DNA of 32,000 nucleotides from Candidatus Kuenenia stuttgartensis. GTDB taxonomy: Bacteria > Planctomycetota > Brocadiia > Brocadiales > Brocadiaceae. This document shows, one piece after another, positions 7,032-15,632 of the stretch. The notes beneath the pieces are model-generated. The model had not been told where the DNA came from. It worked only from the letters and a program-made list of their open reading frames with translations, and ran no database searches. Both the position numbers and the translations under genes were made by a program. The DNA is taken from assembly GCF_900232105.1 (NCBI RefSeq), contig NZ_LT934425.1, forward strand, positions 2,190,001 through 2,222,000, given 5' to 3'. Numbering within the stretch: position 1 is the stretch's first letter; the number at the start of each line of letters is the position of its first letter.

Positions 7032-8024
7032 TTATTCCTTTAGCCATCGTGCGGCATCTTTTGCCCAGTAGGTAAGAATAATGTCCGCACCCGCCCGTTT
7101 GATTGCGGTGAGTATTTCAAGCGCAACACGTTTTTCGTCAATCCATCCTTTTTCTGCCGCAGCCTTAACAATGGAAAATTCTCCGCTGACATTATATGCT
7201 GCGATAGGATAATTAAAGTTTTCTTTCAGATTGCGGATAATATCCAAATAGGCCAGCGCTGGTTTTACCATAACGATGTCCGCTCCTTCCTCAATGTCCA
7301 AAGAAACCTCCCGCAACGCTTCCACCGCATTGTGCGAGTCCATCTGATACGATGAGCGGTCTCCCATTTCCGGAGTAGATTCTGCCGCCTCCCGGAAAGG
7401 GCCGTAAAATCCTGAAGCATATTTTGCGGAGTATGCCATAATCGGTATCTGGCGGAACCCTTCCCGGTCAAGCGCTTCTCTTATCGTGCCGATGCGGCCA
7501 TCCATCATATCGCTAGGCGCTATGATATCCGCCCCCGCATTTGCGTGTGAAACCGCCTCTTTTGCCAGGAGTTCCAGTGTCTTATCATTGTCGATCTCAA
7601 AGTGTCCTGTATGTTCATCCGCCTTGAGGAATCCACAGTGTCCATGGCTAGTGTACTCGCACATGCAAACATCCGTAAGTACCAGTATATCTCTTGCCTC
7701 TTTTTTTATTGCCGTAATTGCTTTCTGTATGATGCCGGCATCAGAATATGCGTCAGAGCCCAGTTCGTCTTTCACTTCAGGGATGCCAAAGAGGATTATG
7801 CCGGGAATCCCTATTGCTTCCAATTCCTTTACCTCTTCCGTAAGAATATCGACAGACATCTGGTAGTTACCGGGCATAGAGGGTATCGGTTGTTTAATGC
7901 CCTTGCCCGGCCTTACAAAAAGCGGCATAATTAAATCATCCACAGAGAGATGCGTTTCCCGCACCAGCCTTCTTATATTTTCATTCTGACGTAATCTTCG
8001 CAATCTTTGTTTCGGGAAGCTCAT
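7032..8024 (-). CDS. hemB: porphobilinogen synthase (delta-aminolevulinate dehydratase)
   Basis: Full-length match to the HemB pattern. It includes the Cys-rich Zn motif [14 protein letters not shown] and the active-site region [10 protein letters not shown]. The start is placed at [12 protein letters not shown] (ATG at 8024). The 20-aa ORF-track extension to 8084 looks non-coding. Confidence 0.95.
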   Translation of the reverse strand: MSFPKQRLRRLRQNENIRRLVRETHLSVDDLIMPLFVRPGKGIKQPIPSMPGNYQMSVDILTEEVKELEAIGIPGIILFGIPEVKDELGSDAYSDAGIIQKAITAIKKEARDILVLTDVCMCEYTSHGHCGFLKADEHTGHFEIDNDKTLELLAKEAVSHANAGADIIAPSDMMDGRIGTIREALDREGFRQIPIMAYSAKYASGFYGPFREAAESTPEMGDRSSYQMDSHNAVEALREVSLDIEEGADIVMVKPALAYLDIIRNLKENFNYPIAAYNVSGEFSIVKAAAEKGWIDEKRVALEILTAIKRAGADIILTYWAKDAARWLKE

Positions 8025-8495
8025 TTTTTCGTTCCTTATAAATTTTTTGTAAAAGTATAAAAATATTATAGTAAATACCATCATAAAAAAAAATTAAAAA
8101 GTTACTCATTCACCGCATGTTAGTTTACAGGAATTTTAGATTTTAGATTAATTCAAAATCCATAATTTAAAATTTTATCACGCCAAATTACCGCTAAATT
8201 TCTAAAATCAGTCTGACCTGGATATTTGCGCGGCGCCCGGAACTGTCGCCAAACGTGATAGGAATTCTTTGATGAGGCAAGAGCACGCGAGCCAGAATTA
8301 AAACATGAGCCATGTCTTCCGTTGCAAAGAACGCAAGAAAGGGGTTCTGAACGTACGGTAGTGTTGACCCTGTCAGGATTGTTTTGCCATGACCCCATGA
8401 ACGGTTACAAAAAACGGGGTGCGCGGGAGAACGGCGAATTTCTTACAAAAGCAACCCCTGTGACCCGGGATTTACTGAAATTCTGAATAGAAATG

Positions 8496-9230
8496 CTATC
8501 TGCCAAGTTCAGAGGCCGCATTTTCATCTAAGAACCAGTGTAATTCGCCATGCACGGGTTTTACCATTTGTGCCGGCAAGGGCGCTGGCGCCGATTCTTC
8601 CAGAATAATTTTTTTTACTGCAGCGGCCTTGTTTTTCCCTGTTATCAGAAAAATAATGCAATGGGCGTTATTAATTACCGGCAAGGTTAGCGTAATTCGT
8701 TCCGGAGGTGGTTTGGGGGCGTCAAATACAGGGGCTACCCAGCGGTTTTTTTCTTTCAGAAGGGGATGGTTTGGGAATAGCGAAGCGGTATGCCCGTCCT
8801 CTCCCATGCCAAGCAATAAAAGGTCAAAACGGGGCAACTCTTCGCCTTTTATATGAAAAACCTCCTGCAGTTTTAATTGATACAGGGCTGCCATTTCTGT
8901 CGGTCCCACAGAGGTATTGGGCGTATAAATCCTGGAAGACGGAATATCAACATGATTGAAAAGATGCTTACAGGCTAAATAATAGTTGCTTTCCGGATTA
9001 ACCTGTGGTACACAGCGTTCATCCGCCCAGAAAACATGCCAGGCTTTCCAGTTGATTTCAGAAAAGACCGGTTCTGAGGTCAATGCGGGAAACAGCAATT
9101 CGGGCATAGAGCCTCCGGACAAAGCCACAAGAAAGCGATTTCGTTCAGAGACCGCTTTTTTTGCACATTGGACGATATACCCGGCCATTATTTTTATAAG
9201 ATCTGTGGCAGGTAAGATATGGTAATTCAT
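8496..9230 (-). CDS. pgl: 6-phosphogluconolactonase
   Basis: Motifs: FLVALSGGSMP, WHVFWADERCVP, LLLLGMGEDGHTASLFP. It is the last gene of the gnd-zwf-pgl run. Confidence 0.9.
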   Translation of the reverse strand: MNYHILPATDLIKIMAGYIVQCAKKAVSERNRFLVALSGGSMPELLFPALTSEPVFSEINWKAWHVFWADERCVPQVNPESNYYLACKHLFNHVDIPSSRIYTPNTSVGPTEMAALYQLKLQEVFHIKGEELPRFDLLLLGMGEDGHTASLFPNHPLLKEKNRWVAPVFDAPKPPPERITLTLPVINNAHCIIFLITGKNKAAAVKKIILEESAPAPLPAQMVKPVHGELHWFLDENAASELGR

Positions 9231-9260
9231 GTTCAGTTGTGAAATAGTTATCGTTTAGGG

Positions 9261-10787
9261 TTAAATACAGGGGTTCCACTTGCGGTCATCAGCCTTTATA
9301 AATTCATCTGCCTTGCTGGGACCACAAGTCCCCAATTCATAAAACGCCAAAGGAGGGGCATATTCGCTTTCCCATCCCTGGATGATTGGGTCTATTATTT
9401 TCCATGCCAATTCAATCTCATCACTCCTTGTAAAAAGGGAGGCATCCCCCTGTAAAGCATCGAGAATAAGCCTTTCATATGCATCGGGCAGGATGTTTTC
9501 ACCAAAATCCTGTTCGTACAGGAAGTCCATGCTTACCGTGCGGGTTTTCATCCCGGCGCCAGGCAACTTCGTTTCAAAGCCCAAACGCATTCCTTCATTT
9601 GGCTGCAGGCATAACACTAATTTATTTGGAGGCAATTGTTCTTCGGGCGGTAAAGGAAACATTAAATGGGGCACATGCCGGAATTGAATTGAAATTTCAG
9701 TGACCTTGCTGTTAAGCGCCTTACCGGAACGCAGATAAAAAGGCACGTTTCGCCAACGCCAATTATCAATAAACAGTTTTAAAACAGCAAAGGTTGCCGT
9801 TTCCGTCCCCCGCACGACGCCCTTTTCATCCCGATATGTCCGGTATTGTGCGCGAACGGTATATTTAGCTACCTCTTCCGGCTTAATGGGGCGAACCGCT
9901 TTAAGTACTTTTACCTTTTCGTCACGCAGAGAGGTGGCGTTAAACCCAGCCGGCGGCTCCATTGCGGTGAGTGTAAGCAACTGCAGCAGATGATTCTGAA
10001 ACATGTCGCGCAATATGCCTGCAGTATCGTAATATCCCGCCCTGTTCCCCAGCCCCACCTCTTCCGATACGGTAATTTGGACGTGGTCTATATAGTTTCG
10101 GCTCCAGAGCGGTTCGAAGATTGCGTTGCCAAAACGAAATACCAATAAATTTTGCACGGTTTCCTTGCCAAGGTAATGGTCAATGCGATACACCTGGCTT
10201 TCATCAAAGACCTGATGTACATGGTTGTTCAAATCAATGGCGGAAGCAAGATCTCTCCCGAATGGTTTTTCAATAATGATACGGCGCCAATATTCATCCG
10301 ATTGTTGCGCCATTCCAGCCTCGCCCAGCTTGCTCACTATTACAGGGTAAAGGATTGGTGGCGTAGAAAGATAAAAAAGGCAATTGGCGCCTATGTCCTG
10401 TTTTTTACCTAAATCAACCAAAAGCCTGTTTAAGGTTTTGTAATCTTCCAGATTGTCGTAATCCGCCCGGTGGTAAATTAATTTTTTCTCAAATTTAGAC
10501 CACTTGCAAATTCGGTCTTTACTGTGGCGGGAGTAAATTTCAATGCTTTCCGCTAGTTTTTTGCGAAAACCTTCGCTATCCATTTCAGTGCGGGCTACAC
10601 CAACAACCGCAAGCTTCTCAGGCAACAGCCCGTCACAATCCAGCCGAAAGAGGGAAGGGATCAATTTCCGCTCGGTTAAATCGCCTGAAGCGCCAAAAAT
10701 TACAATTGTTGCTGGGTTGGGGATTTTTCTTAAAACATCTTTGTTCAATTTACAGGCGTCAACAGACGCAATAGGTTTTTTTCCCAT
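9261..10787 (-). CDS. zwf: glucose-6-phosphate 1-dehydrogenase
   Basis: Motifs: IVIFGASGDLTERKLIPSLF (NADP-binding site), RIDHYLGKE, IIEKPFG. 508 aa. Confidence 0.95.
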   Translation of the reverse strand: MGKKPIASVDACKLNKDVLRKIPNPATIVIFGASGDLTERKLIPSLFRLDCDGLLPEKLAVVGVARTEMDSEGFRKKLAESIEIYSRHSKDRICKWSKFEKKLIYHRADYDNLEDYKTLNRLLVDLGKKQDIGANCLFYLSTPPILYPVIVSKLGEAGMAQQSDEYWRRIIIEKPFGRDLASAIDLNNHVHQVFDESQVYRIDHYLGKETVQNLLVFRFGNAIFEPLWSRNYIDHVQITVSEEVGLGNRAGYYDTAGILRDMFQNHLLQLLTLTAMEPPAGFNATSLRDEKVKVLKAVRPIKPEEVAKYTVRAQYRTYRDEKGVVRGTETATFAVLKLFIDNWRWRNVPFYLRSGKALNSKVTEISIQFRHVPHLMFPLPPEEQLPPNKLVLCLQPNEGMRLGFETKLPGAGMKTRTVSMDFLYEQDFGENILPDAYERLILDALQGDASLFTRSDEIELAWKIIDPIIQGWESEYAPPLAFYELGTCGPSKADEFIKADDRKWNPCI

Positions 10788-10790
10788 TTG

Positions 10791-12209
10791 TTATTTTTCC
10801 TTCCAGTTTGCATGAAACACGCCGGATGTATCAATACGCTCAAATGTGTGGGCGCCAAAATAGTCGCGTTGCGCCTGTATAAGATTTGCGGGTAAAAACC
10901 CGGAACGATACGCATCGAAGTAGGCAAGTGAAGCGCTCAGTGCCGCTGCCGGTATGCCCAGTTCAAATGCGGTTTTTACGGCGAAACGCCATGAAGCCTG
11001 CCTGCTTTGTACGGCATGTTTAAATCCGGCGTCCAATAATAAATTCGGCAAATCGGAGCGGCTCCGGTATGCGCGTGTTATATCATCAAGCAGCTTTGCG
11101 CGAATAATGCATCCGGCGCGCCAAATACTGGCAATTTCTCCTAAATCCATATTGTACCCATATTCCTCCGAAGCCCTTTTCAGAAGATTCATACCTTGGG
11201 CATAGGAGCAAATTTTGGATGCATAAAGGGCATCCCTAACCGCAGCGATGATTTTTCCCCTCTCATCGGCATAGTTATTTTTTGGGCCGGAAAGGATTTT
11301 AGACGCCTCCTGGCGTTCTTTTTTCATGGAAGAAAGAATACGCGCATCCACTGCCGCAGTAATTGTGGGAACGGGCGCCCCTATATCAATCGCATTCTGG
11401 CTTGTCCATTTTCCAGTGCCCTTCTGTCCGGCTTTATCCAGGATCATTTCCAACAGAGGGCGCCCGGTTTTGTCGTCTGATTTAGTAAAAATAAACGCCG
11501 TAATTTCAATAAGGAACGAAGAAAGCTCTCCATTATTCCATTCAGTGAAAATTTCATGAAATTCTTCCGGGGCAGGATTTATGGTTGATTTCAGCAAGGC
11601 ATAGCTTTCCGCTATAAGCTGCATATCGGCGTATTCTATGCCATTGTGCACCATTTTAACGTAATGACCAGCACCGCCATGCCCAATATACGCAACGCAG
11701 GGCAGCCCATCTTCCGGAGCCTTTGCCGCAATTGCGGACATCAATGGCTCAATCAGGGCGTATGCCTCTTTTGTACCACCTGGCATAAGGCTGGGCCCGA
11801 AACGCGCCCCTTCTTCTCCGCCGGAAACACCCATTCCAATATAGCGAAGTTTATTTGACTCCAGCTCCTTTGTCCTTCTTTCCGTATCGGAGAAATACGA
11901 ATTTCCCCCATCGATAATGATATCCCCTTCATCCAGCCATGGTTTTAATTCGGCAATAACGGCATCAACCGCTCCGCCTGCTTTCACCATAATTTGGATT
12001 ATGCGTGGACGCTCAAGACTTGCAACGAATTCTTTTGGTGAATACGTCGCGGTAATCTTCTTGTTTTTTGCCTCGCCCGACATAAATTCATGAGTCCTCT
12101 CCGCAGTACGGTTGTAAACTGAAACGCTAAAACCGTGATCCGCAACGTTAAGAACCAGATTTTGCCCCATTACTGCGAGGCCAATAAGACCAAAGCTGTT
12201 TTTCTGCAT
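10791..12209 (-). CDS. gnd: NADP-dependent 6-phosphogluconate dehydrogenase (decarboxylating)
   Basis: Motifs: GLIGLAVMGQNLVLN, MPGG, HNGIEYADMQLI. The start is placed at the ATG at 12209 (MQKNSF), with GGAGG 5 nt upstream. The stop lies 3 nt from the zwf start. Confidence 0.95.
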   Translation of the reverse strand: MQKNSFGLIGLAVMGQNLVLNVADHGFSVSVYNRTAERTHEFMSGEAKNKKITATYSPKEFVASLERPRIIQIMVKAGGAVDAVIAELKPWLDEGDIIIDGGNSYFSDTERRTKELESNKLRYIGMGVSGGEEGARFGPSLMPGGTKEAYALIEPLMSAIAAKAPEDGLPCVAYIGHGGAGHYVKMVHNGIEYADMQLIAESYALLKSTINPAPEEFHEIFTEWNNGELSSFLIEITAFIFTKSDDKTGRPLLEMILDKAGQKGTGKWTSQNAIDIGAPVPTITAAVDARILSSMKKERQEASKILSGPKNNYADERGKIIAAVRDALYASKICSYAQGMNLLKRASEEYGYNMDLGEIASIWRAGCIIRAKLLDDITRAYRSRSDLPNLLLDAGFKHAVQSRQASWRFAVKTAFELGIPAAALSASLAYFDAYRSGFLPANLIQAQRDYFGAHTFERIDTSGVFHANWKEK

Positions 12210-12273
12210 GATAACCTCCACTTATGCCACTTTGTGGCATTACTCAGAAGAAAACTCCAAATTTCAAAAAAGT

Positions 12274-12382
12274 GTAACTATTCAGCGCAATCTATTAAAC
12301 TACCGAAATCGGTATTCCGGCGCGGGTTCAGGTTGCGAACCTGGACCCGCCATGAGTCGTGTAATGTTTAAGCTGAGAAACC
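12274..12382. repeat. intact copy of the palindromic intergenic repeat (opposite orientation to the IS-split copy)
   Basis: GTAACTATTCAGCGCAATCTATTAAACTACCGAA ... central hairpin GCGGGTTCAGGTT-GCG-AACCTGGACCCGC ... GAGTCGTGTAATGTTTAAGCTGAGAAAC. Both arms match the arms at 1527-1592 and 4271-4416. It lies between the yajQ stop and the gnd start. Confidence 0.7.
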
Positions 12383-12418
12383 AAAAACGCAACCATTTGT
12401 AACAATTATCGGATTTCA

Positions 12419-12913
12419 TTATTTATAGTTTATAAACTGCATTGCAAAGTCATTGTCCAGGTCTTTAAGTTCCTTCATAACCATCTGGAGATCGTCAATC
12501 TTTTGCCCTGAAACACGTACCTGATCTTCTTGTATTTTTGCCTGAACCTTGAGTTTTAAATTTTTTATAACTTTAACGATCTCCTTTGCATTGTCAGTGG
12601 GTATTCCCGTTTGCAATGTAATCGTCTGCCGTTTCGTTCCCCCAACGGCATCTTCCGTTTTGCCAAAGGTGAGTGCCTTTAGCGGGATATTTCTTTTCGC
12701 CATTTTTTCCTTTAAAATTTCCGTCAGTGCTGACAATTTATAATCATCCTCGGCAAACAGTATAATGGTGTCATCTTTATTTAATGTAATCGAGGACTTG
12801 CTTCCTTTGAAATCATATCTTACGGCTATTTGTTTTTGCGCCTGGTCGATAGCGTTTTTTATCTCATGCATTTCGACCTTGCATACTATGTCAAATGAAT
12901 GCGTTTCAGCCAT
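12419..12913 (-). CDS. yajQ: YajQ-family nucleotide (cyclic-di-GMP)-binding protein
   Basis: 164 aa. SFDIVCKVEMHEIKNAIDQAQKQIAVRYDFKGS and the overall length are typical of YajQ/UPF0234. Confidence 0.9.
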   Translation of the reverse strand: MAETHSFDIVCKVEMHEIKNAIDQAQKQIAVRYDFKGSKSSITLNKDDTIILFAEDDYKLSALTEILKEKMAKRNIPLKALTFGKTEDAVGGTKRQTITLQTGIPTDNAKEIVKVIKNLKLKVQAKIQEDQVRVSGQKIDDLQMVMKELKDLDNDFAMQFINYK

Positions 12914-12939
12914 AATTATCTCTCCTTACATTACATGAT

Positions 12940-12968
12940 ATAATAATCATAAATTTTAACATTTGTAA
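12940..12968 (-). promoter_or_regulatory. candidate sigma70-type promoter for yajQ
   Basis: Read on the minus strand: -35 TTACAA (12968-12963), a 17-nt spacer, and -10 TATTAT (12945-12940), about 25 nt upstream of the yajQ ATG. The -35 lies within the recurring 15-mer TTGTAACACTTTGGT. Confidence 0.45.
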
Positions 12969-12975
12969 CACTTTG

Positions 12976-13039
12976 GTTTTTTTTGAAAAAACCGTCTTTT
13001 CGTGAACCCCATGCTTCAGCATGGGGTTCACGAAAAGAC
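12976..13039 (-). terminator. strong rho-independent terminator downstream of the 13042-13773 gene
   Basis: Perfect 21-bp stem GTCTTTTCGTGAACCCCATGC (12994-13014) / GCATGGGGTTCACGAAAAGAC (13019-13039) with a TTCA loop. It begins 2 nt after the stop codon. On the minus strand it is followed by GGTTTTTTC. Confidence 0.85.
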
Positions 13040-13041
13040 AA

Positions 13042-13773
13042 TTAATACCCCAATTGTCTTATTTCCTCTTCCGAAAATCCGACGTAATGGGCGACTTCGT
13101 GACGGACTACTTTTTTAATCCTTTGTTTAATCTCTTCTTCCGAACGGCAGACAGATTCTATATTTTTCTGGAAAAGAGTAATCTTTTCCGGTAATGTGCC
13201 CGAATGCCAGACACTTTTTTTGTTCAGGGGAATACCCTGAAAAACTCCGAGAAGCATCCTGTTTGGCTTTAACTGCAGTTTTTCAAGTATATAGGTACTG
13301 GGTCTGTCTTCCACAACGATAGAAACATTTTCCAGGCGGGTTTTTATGTTTTGCGGCAATTCCTTTATTGCATCCAGCGCCAGTTGTTCGAAATGTGTTA
13401 AGCCCTTGTCGTGCGGCTTTTCATTTACTACCTTGCCAAAAAAATATTCTTCCGCATCGACTATTTTATATTTGATAATAAACACCTTGCCAACAAAAAA
13501 GAGCAGTCCGCCCACCATAGATAATACAACCCATATATTCCAGCCATGCATCATCATAACACTGCCCAATGCCCCCAAAAGCGAAGCAATGGCAAAGAAC
13601 CCAAGCAATGCAGAGAACCCTCTGGTATCCGTCTCGCATACTTCATCAAATACCAACGGAGATATCTGCTTACTGCAGCGAGAGCATTGTAGTGTGCTGC
13701 CTTTACAAAATTCTTCCATATGGTGCGTTTTACCACAATGAAAACATTTAAGTGGGATATCGTCTTTTACCAT
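13042..13773 (-). CDS. membrane-anchored zinc-ribbon protein with a C-terminal DUF1025/Zincin_1-type metallopeptidase domain
   Basis: C-terminus: LENVSIVVEDRPS ... LLGVFQGIPL ... LPEKITLFQKNIE ... VVRHEVAHYVGFSEEEIRQLG (HExxH-like zincin motif). N-terminus: CFHCGK-x15-CSRCSK zinc ribbon, then two TM helices. The start is placed at the ATG at 13773. The ORF-track TTG extension to 13908 looks non-coding. Confidence 0.75.
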   Translation of the reverse strand: MVKDDIPLKCFHCGKTHHMEEFCKGSTLQCSRCSKQISPLVFDEVCETDTRGFSALLGFFAIASLLGALGSVMMMHGWNIWVVLSMVGGLLFFVGKVFIIKYKIVDAEEYFFGKVVNEKPHDKGLTHFEQLALDAIKELPQNIKTRLENVSIVVEDRPSTYILEKLQLKPNRMLLGVFQGIPLNKKSVWHSGTLPEKITLFQKNIESVCRSEEEIKQRIKKVVRHEVAHYVGFSEEEIRQLGY

Positions 13774-14014
13774 AAGATATAATATAAAACAAACAGAGCG
13801 TTTAACCACGAAACACGAAGGGCACGAAGAAAAATTTACAAAAAAGAAGAGATTTTCCCAAGGGAATACTATATTGCCCTCCAAAATCTTACACAGAGTA
13901 CCCCACAAAAACCACTTAAATTATGGTTAAAAGCATTTATTTCCCCAAAACCTAATTTGCTGGATAGACATTTCAATGTTTTTACTTAAACAATGCACAA
14001 ACCCACCTCTTAAT

Positions 14015-14068
14015 CCTCTCCCGAGAAGGAGCTTATCAAATTCCCGTCTTGGGAGGGGTAGGGGCGGG
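14015..14068 (+). other. strand-specific RNA hairpin overlapping a G-quadruplex-type G-run motif, in the leader of the K+ uptake operon
   Basis: CCTCTCCCGAGA (14015-14026) pairs with TCTTGGGAGGGG (14047-14058) over 12 bp. Two of these are G-U pairs that work only in plus-strand RNA. GGGAGGGGTAGGGGCGGG (14051-14068) provides four G-runs with 1-2-nt loops. Confidence 0.4.
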
Positions 14069-14263
14069 TAAAAATGAATGCCGTTGAGTTTTCGTCTTTT
14101 AAAAACCCAACCTAATTTGATTGACTATAAAAGAAAAAGCATCCACAATAGTATATCGTTTTCTCCTGCCAGGCATATAGCGGCACGCAGAATATTAATA
14201 TGAACGTGTATTTTGATATGATTTGAGCAAATCAATTTAACAATCAATTTGTTTTTACAAAAA

Positions 14264-15601
14264 ATGAGTTATTTTAAATCAAATCCCTATCGTATTATCC
14301 TCTTTGGCTTTATTTTTATTATCATAATCGGCACCTTCCTTTTAGCCCATCCTGTCTCTTCGACTTCAGGCGAACCGCAATCAGTGACAGACGCTTTTTT
14401 TGCCGCTACCTCAGCAATTTCCACCACCGGTTTGAGCGTTGTAGATATAGGGAAGTTTTATACAATATTTGGCCAGGTGATAATCCTTATGCTTTTCCAA
14501 ATTGGCGGGTTGGGGTATATGATCTTTATTGTTTTGATAATGTATGGGCTTGGCATTCGATTATCTTTAAGCGGCAGAGTAGTTTTAGAAGAATCCTTTA
14601 GTTCGCATCCTTATGAAGATATTTTACGGTTTAGTAAAATTATTTGCCTCATTGCCTTTGTATTTGAATTTTCCGGCGCTGTATTTCTGACCCTCTTTTG
14701 GATGAAGGAATTTCCCTTAAAAGAGGCGGTGTATTTGGGCATATTTCATGCTATTTCAGCATTTTGCACTGCCGGTTTTAGTTTATTTCCGGATAATTTT
14801 TGTACATATGGTAACAGCATTTATTTTAACTTTGTCATCAACGGCTTATGTATTGCCGGCAGTATTGGGTTTCCGGTGATCTATGATATTTATCAAACAT
14901 TTTTTGTGAAATCGCCGGAAGATGAAATGCTGCGGAAGATTTCAGTTCATACGAGGCTGGTAATGGTTATGATGCCGCTTCTCATATTTTCCGGGTGGAT
15001 TTTGATTTTTCTTTTTGAATGGCATTCCCCGTTTCCTACTTTTAAAGACAGGGTGTTGACGACATTGTTTCAGACAATTTCCACTTCTACCACAACTGGG
15101 TTCAATACGGTAAATATCGGCACGATGAAAATCTCGTCATTGACTATGATGCTTCTGCTGATGTACATAGGCGCACCTGCCGGAGGCACCGGGGGAGGCG
15201 TTAAATCTACCACCTTTGGCGTCCTGATTGCGTCTATTTTTTCGGTTGTTTCGATGGAAGAAGAACCCATATTGTTTAATAAACGTATATCGGCAAAAAT
15301 CAGGGCAAAGGCATTTGCTATCTGTACCCTGGCACTGCTCGTGATTATTACGGATATATTAATTCTCTCTGCCACTGAAAAGGCAGCATATATTGATATT
15401 GTGTATGAAACCTTTTCTGCCTTTGGCACTGTAGGGCTTTCCACAGGAATTACTCCTTCACTAAGCGTCGCCGGCAAGTTCATTATTTGCGCCACAATGC
15501 TGATTGGGAGGATAGGCCCGCTCGTCATAGGCTATTCCGTTTGGAGCAAGAAAAAAACAGTTTCCATTAAATACCCGCAAGGAATTTTTATGGTGGGTTA
15601 G
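14264..15601 (+). CDS. TrkH/KtrB-family potassium uptake membrane protein
   Basis: About 445 aa and polytopic. Repeated selectivity-filter-like segments: TTGLSV, CTAGFS, TTTGFNT, GTVGLSTG. The ATG at 14264 is preferred over the ORF-track TTG at 14249. Confidence 0.9.
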   Translation: MSYFKSNPYRIILFGFIFIIIIGTFLLAHPVSSTSGEPQSVTDAFFAATSAISTTGLSVVDIGKFYTIFGQVIILMLFQIGGLGYMIFIVLIMYGLGIRLSLSGRVVLEESFSSHPYEDILRFSKIICLIAFVFEFSGAVFLTLFWMKEFPLKEAVYLGIFHAISAFCTAGFSLFPDNFCTYGNSIYFNFVINGLCIAGSIGFPVIYDIYQTFFVKSPEDEMLRKISVHTRLVMVMMPLLIFSGWILIFLFEWHSPFPTFKDRVLTTLFQTISTSTTTGFNTVNIGTMKISSLTMMLLLMYIGAPAGGTGGGVKSTTFGVLIASIFSVVSMEEEPILFNKRISAKIRAKAFAICTLALLVIITDILILSATEKAAYIDIVYETFSAFGTVGLSTGITPSLSVAGKFIICATMLIGRIGPLVIGYSVWSKKKTVSIKYPQGIFMVG

Positions 15602-15632
15602 TAAATAATAATTTTAAAGGAGTAATAAAGGC

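Noticed and set aside
8153-8398. 81-aa minus-strand ORF in the pgl-hemB spacer.
   Set aside because: No RBS, no recognisable motif, and a composition atypical for proteins in this window. It is kept only as part of the unexplained-spacer finding.
13774-13908. ORF-track 5' extensions using TTG/GTG or early ATG codons: 13774-13908, 8025-8084, 12210-12221, 25723-25779, 14249-14263, 4579-4593, 1931-1969.
   Set aside because: The extensions translate to non-protein-like sequence or lack an RBS. Downstream ATGs coincide with family-typical N-termini and/or Shine-Dalgarno motifs.
13909-14263. Looked for a c-di-AMP (ydaO/yuaA) riboswitch upstream of the Ktr/Trk-type genes, where it occurs in Firmicutes.
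   Set aside because: No recognisable conserved ydaO core (for example an ...AGCUAACC...-type segment), as far as I recall the motif. The G-rich hairpin does not match that motif.
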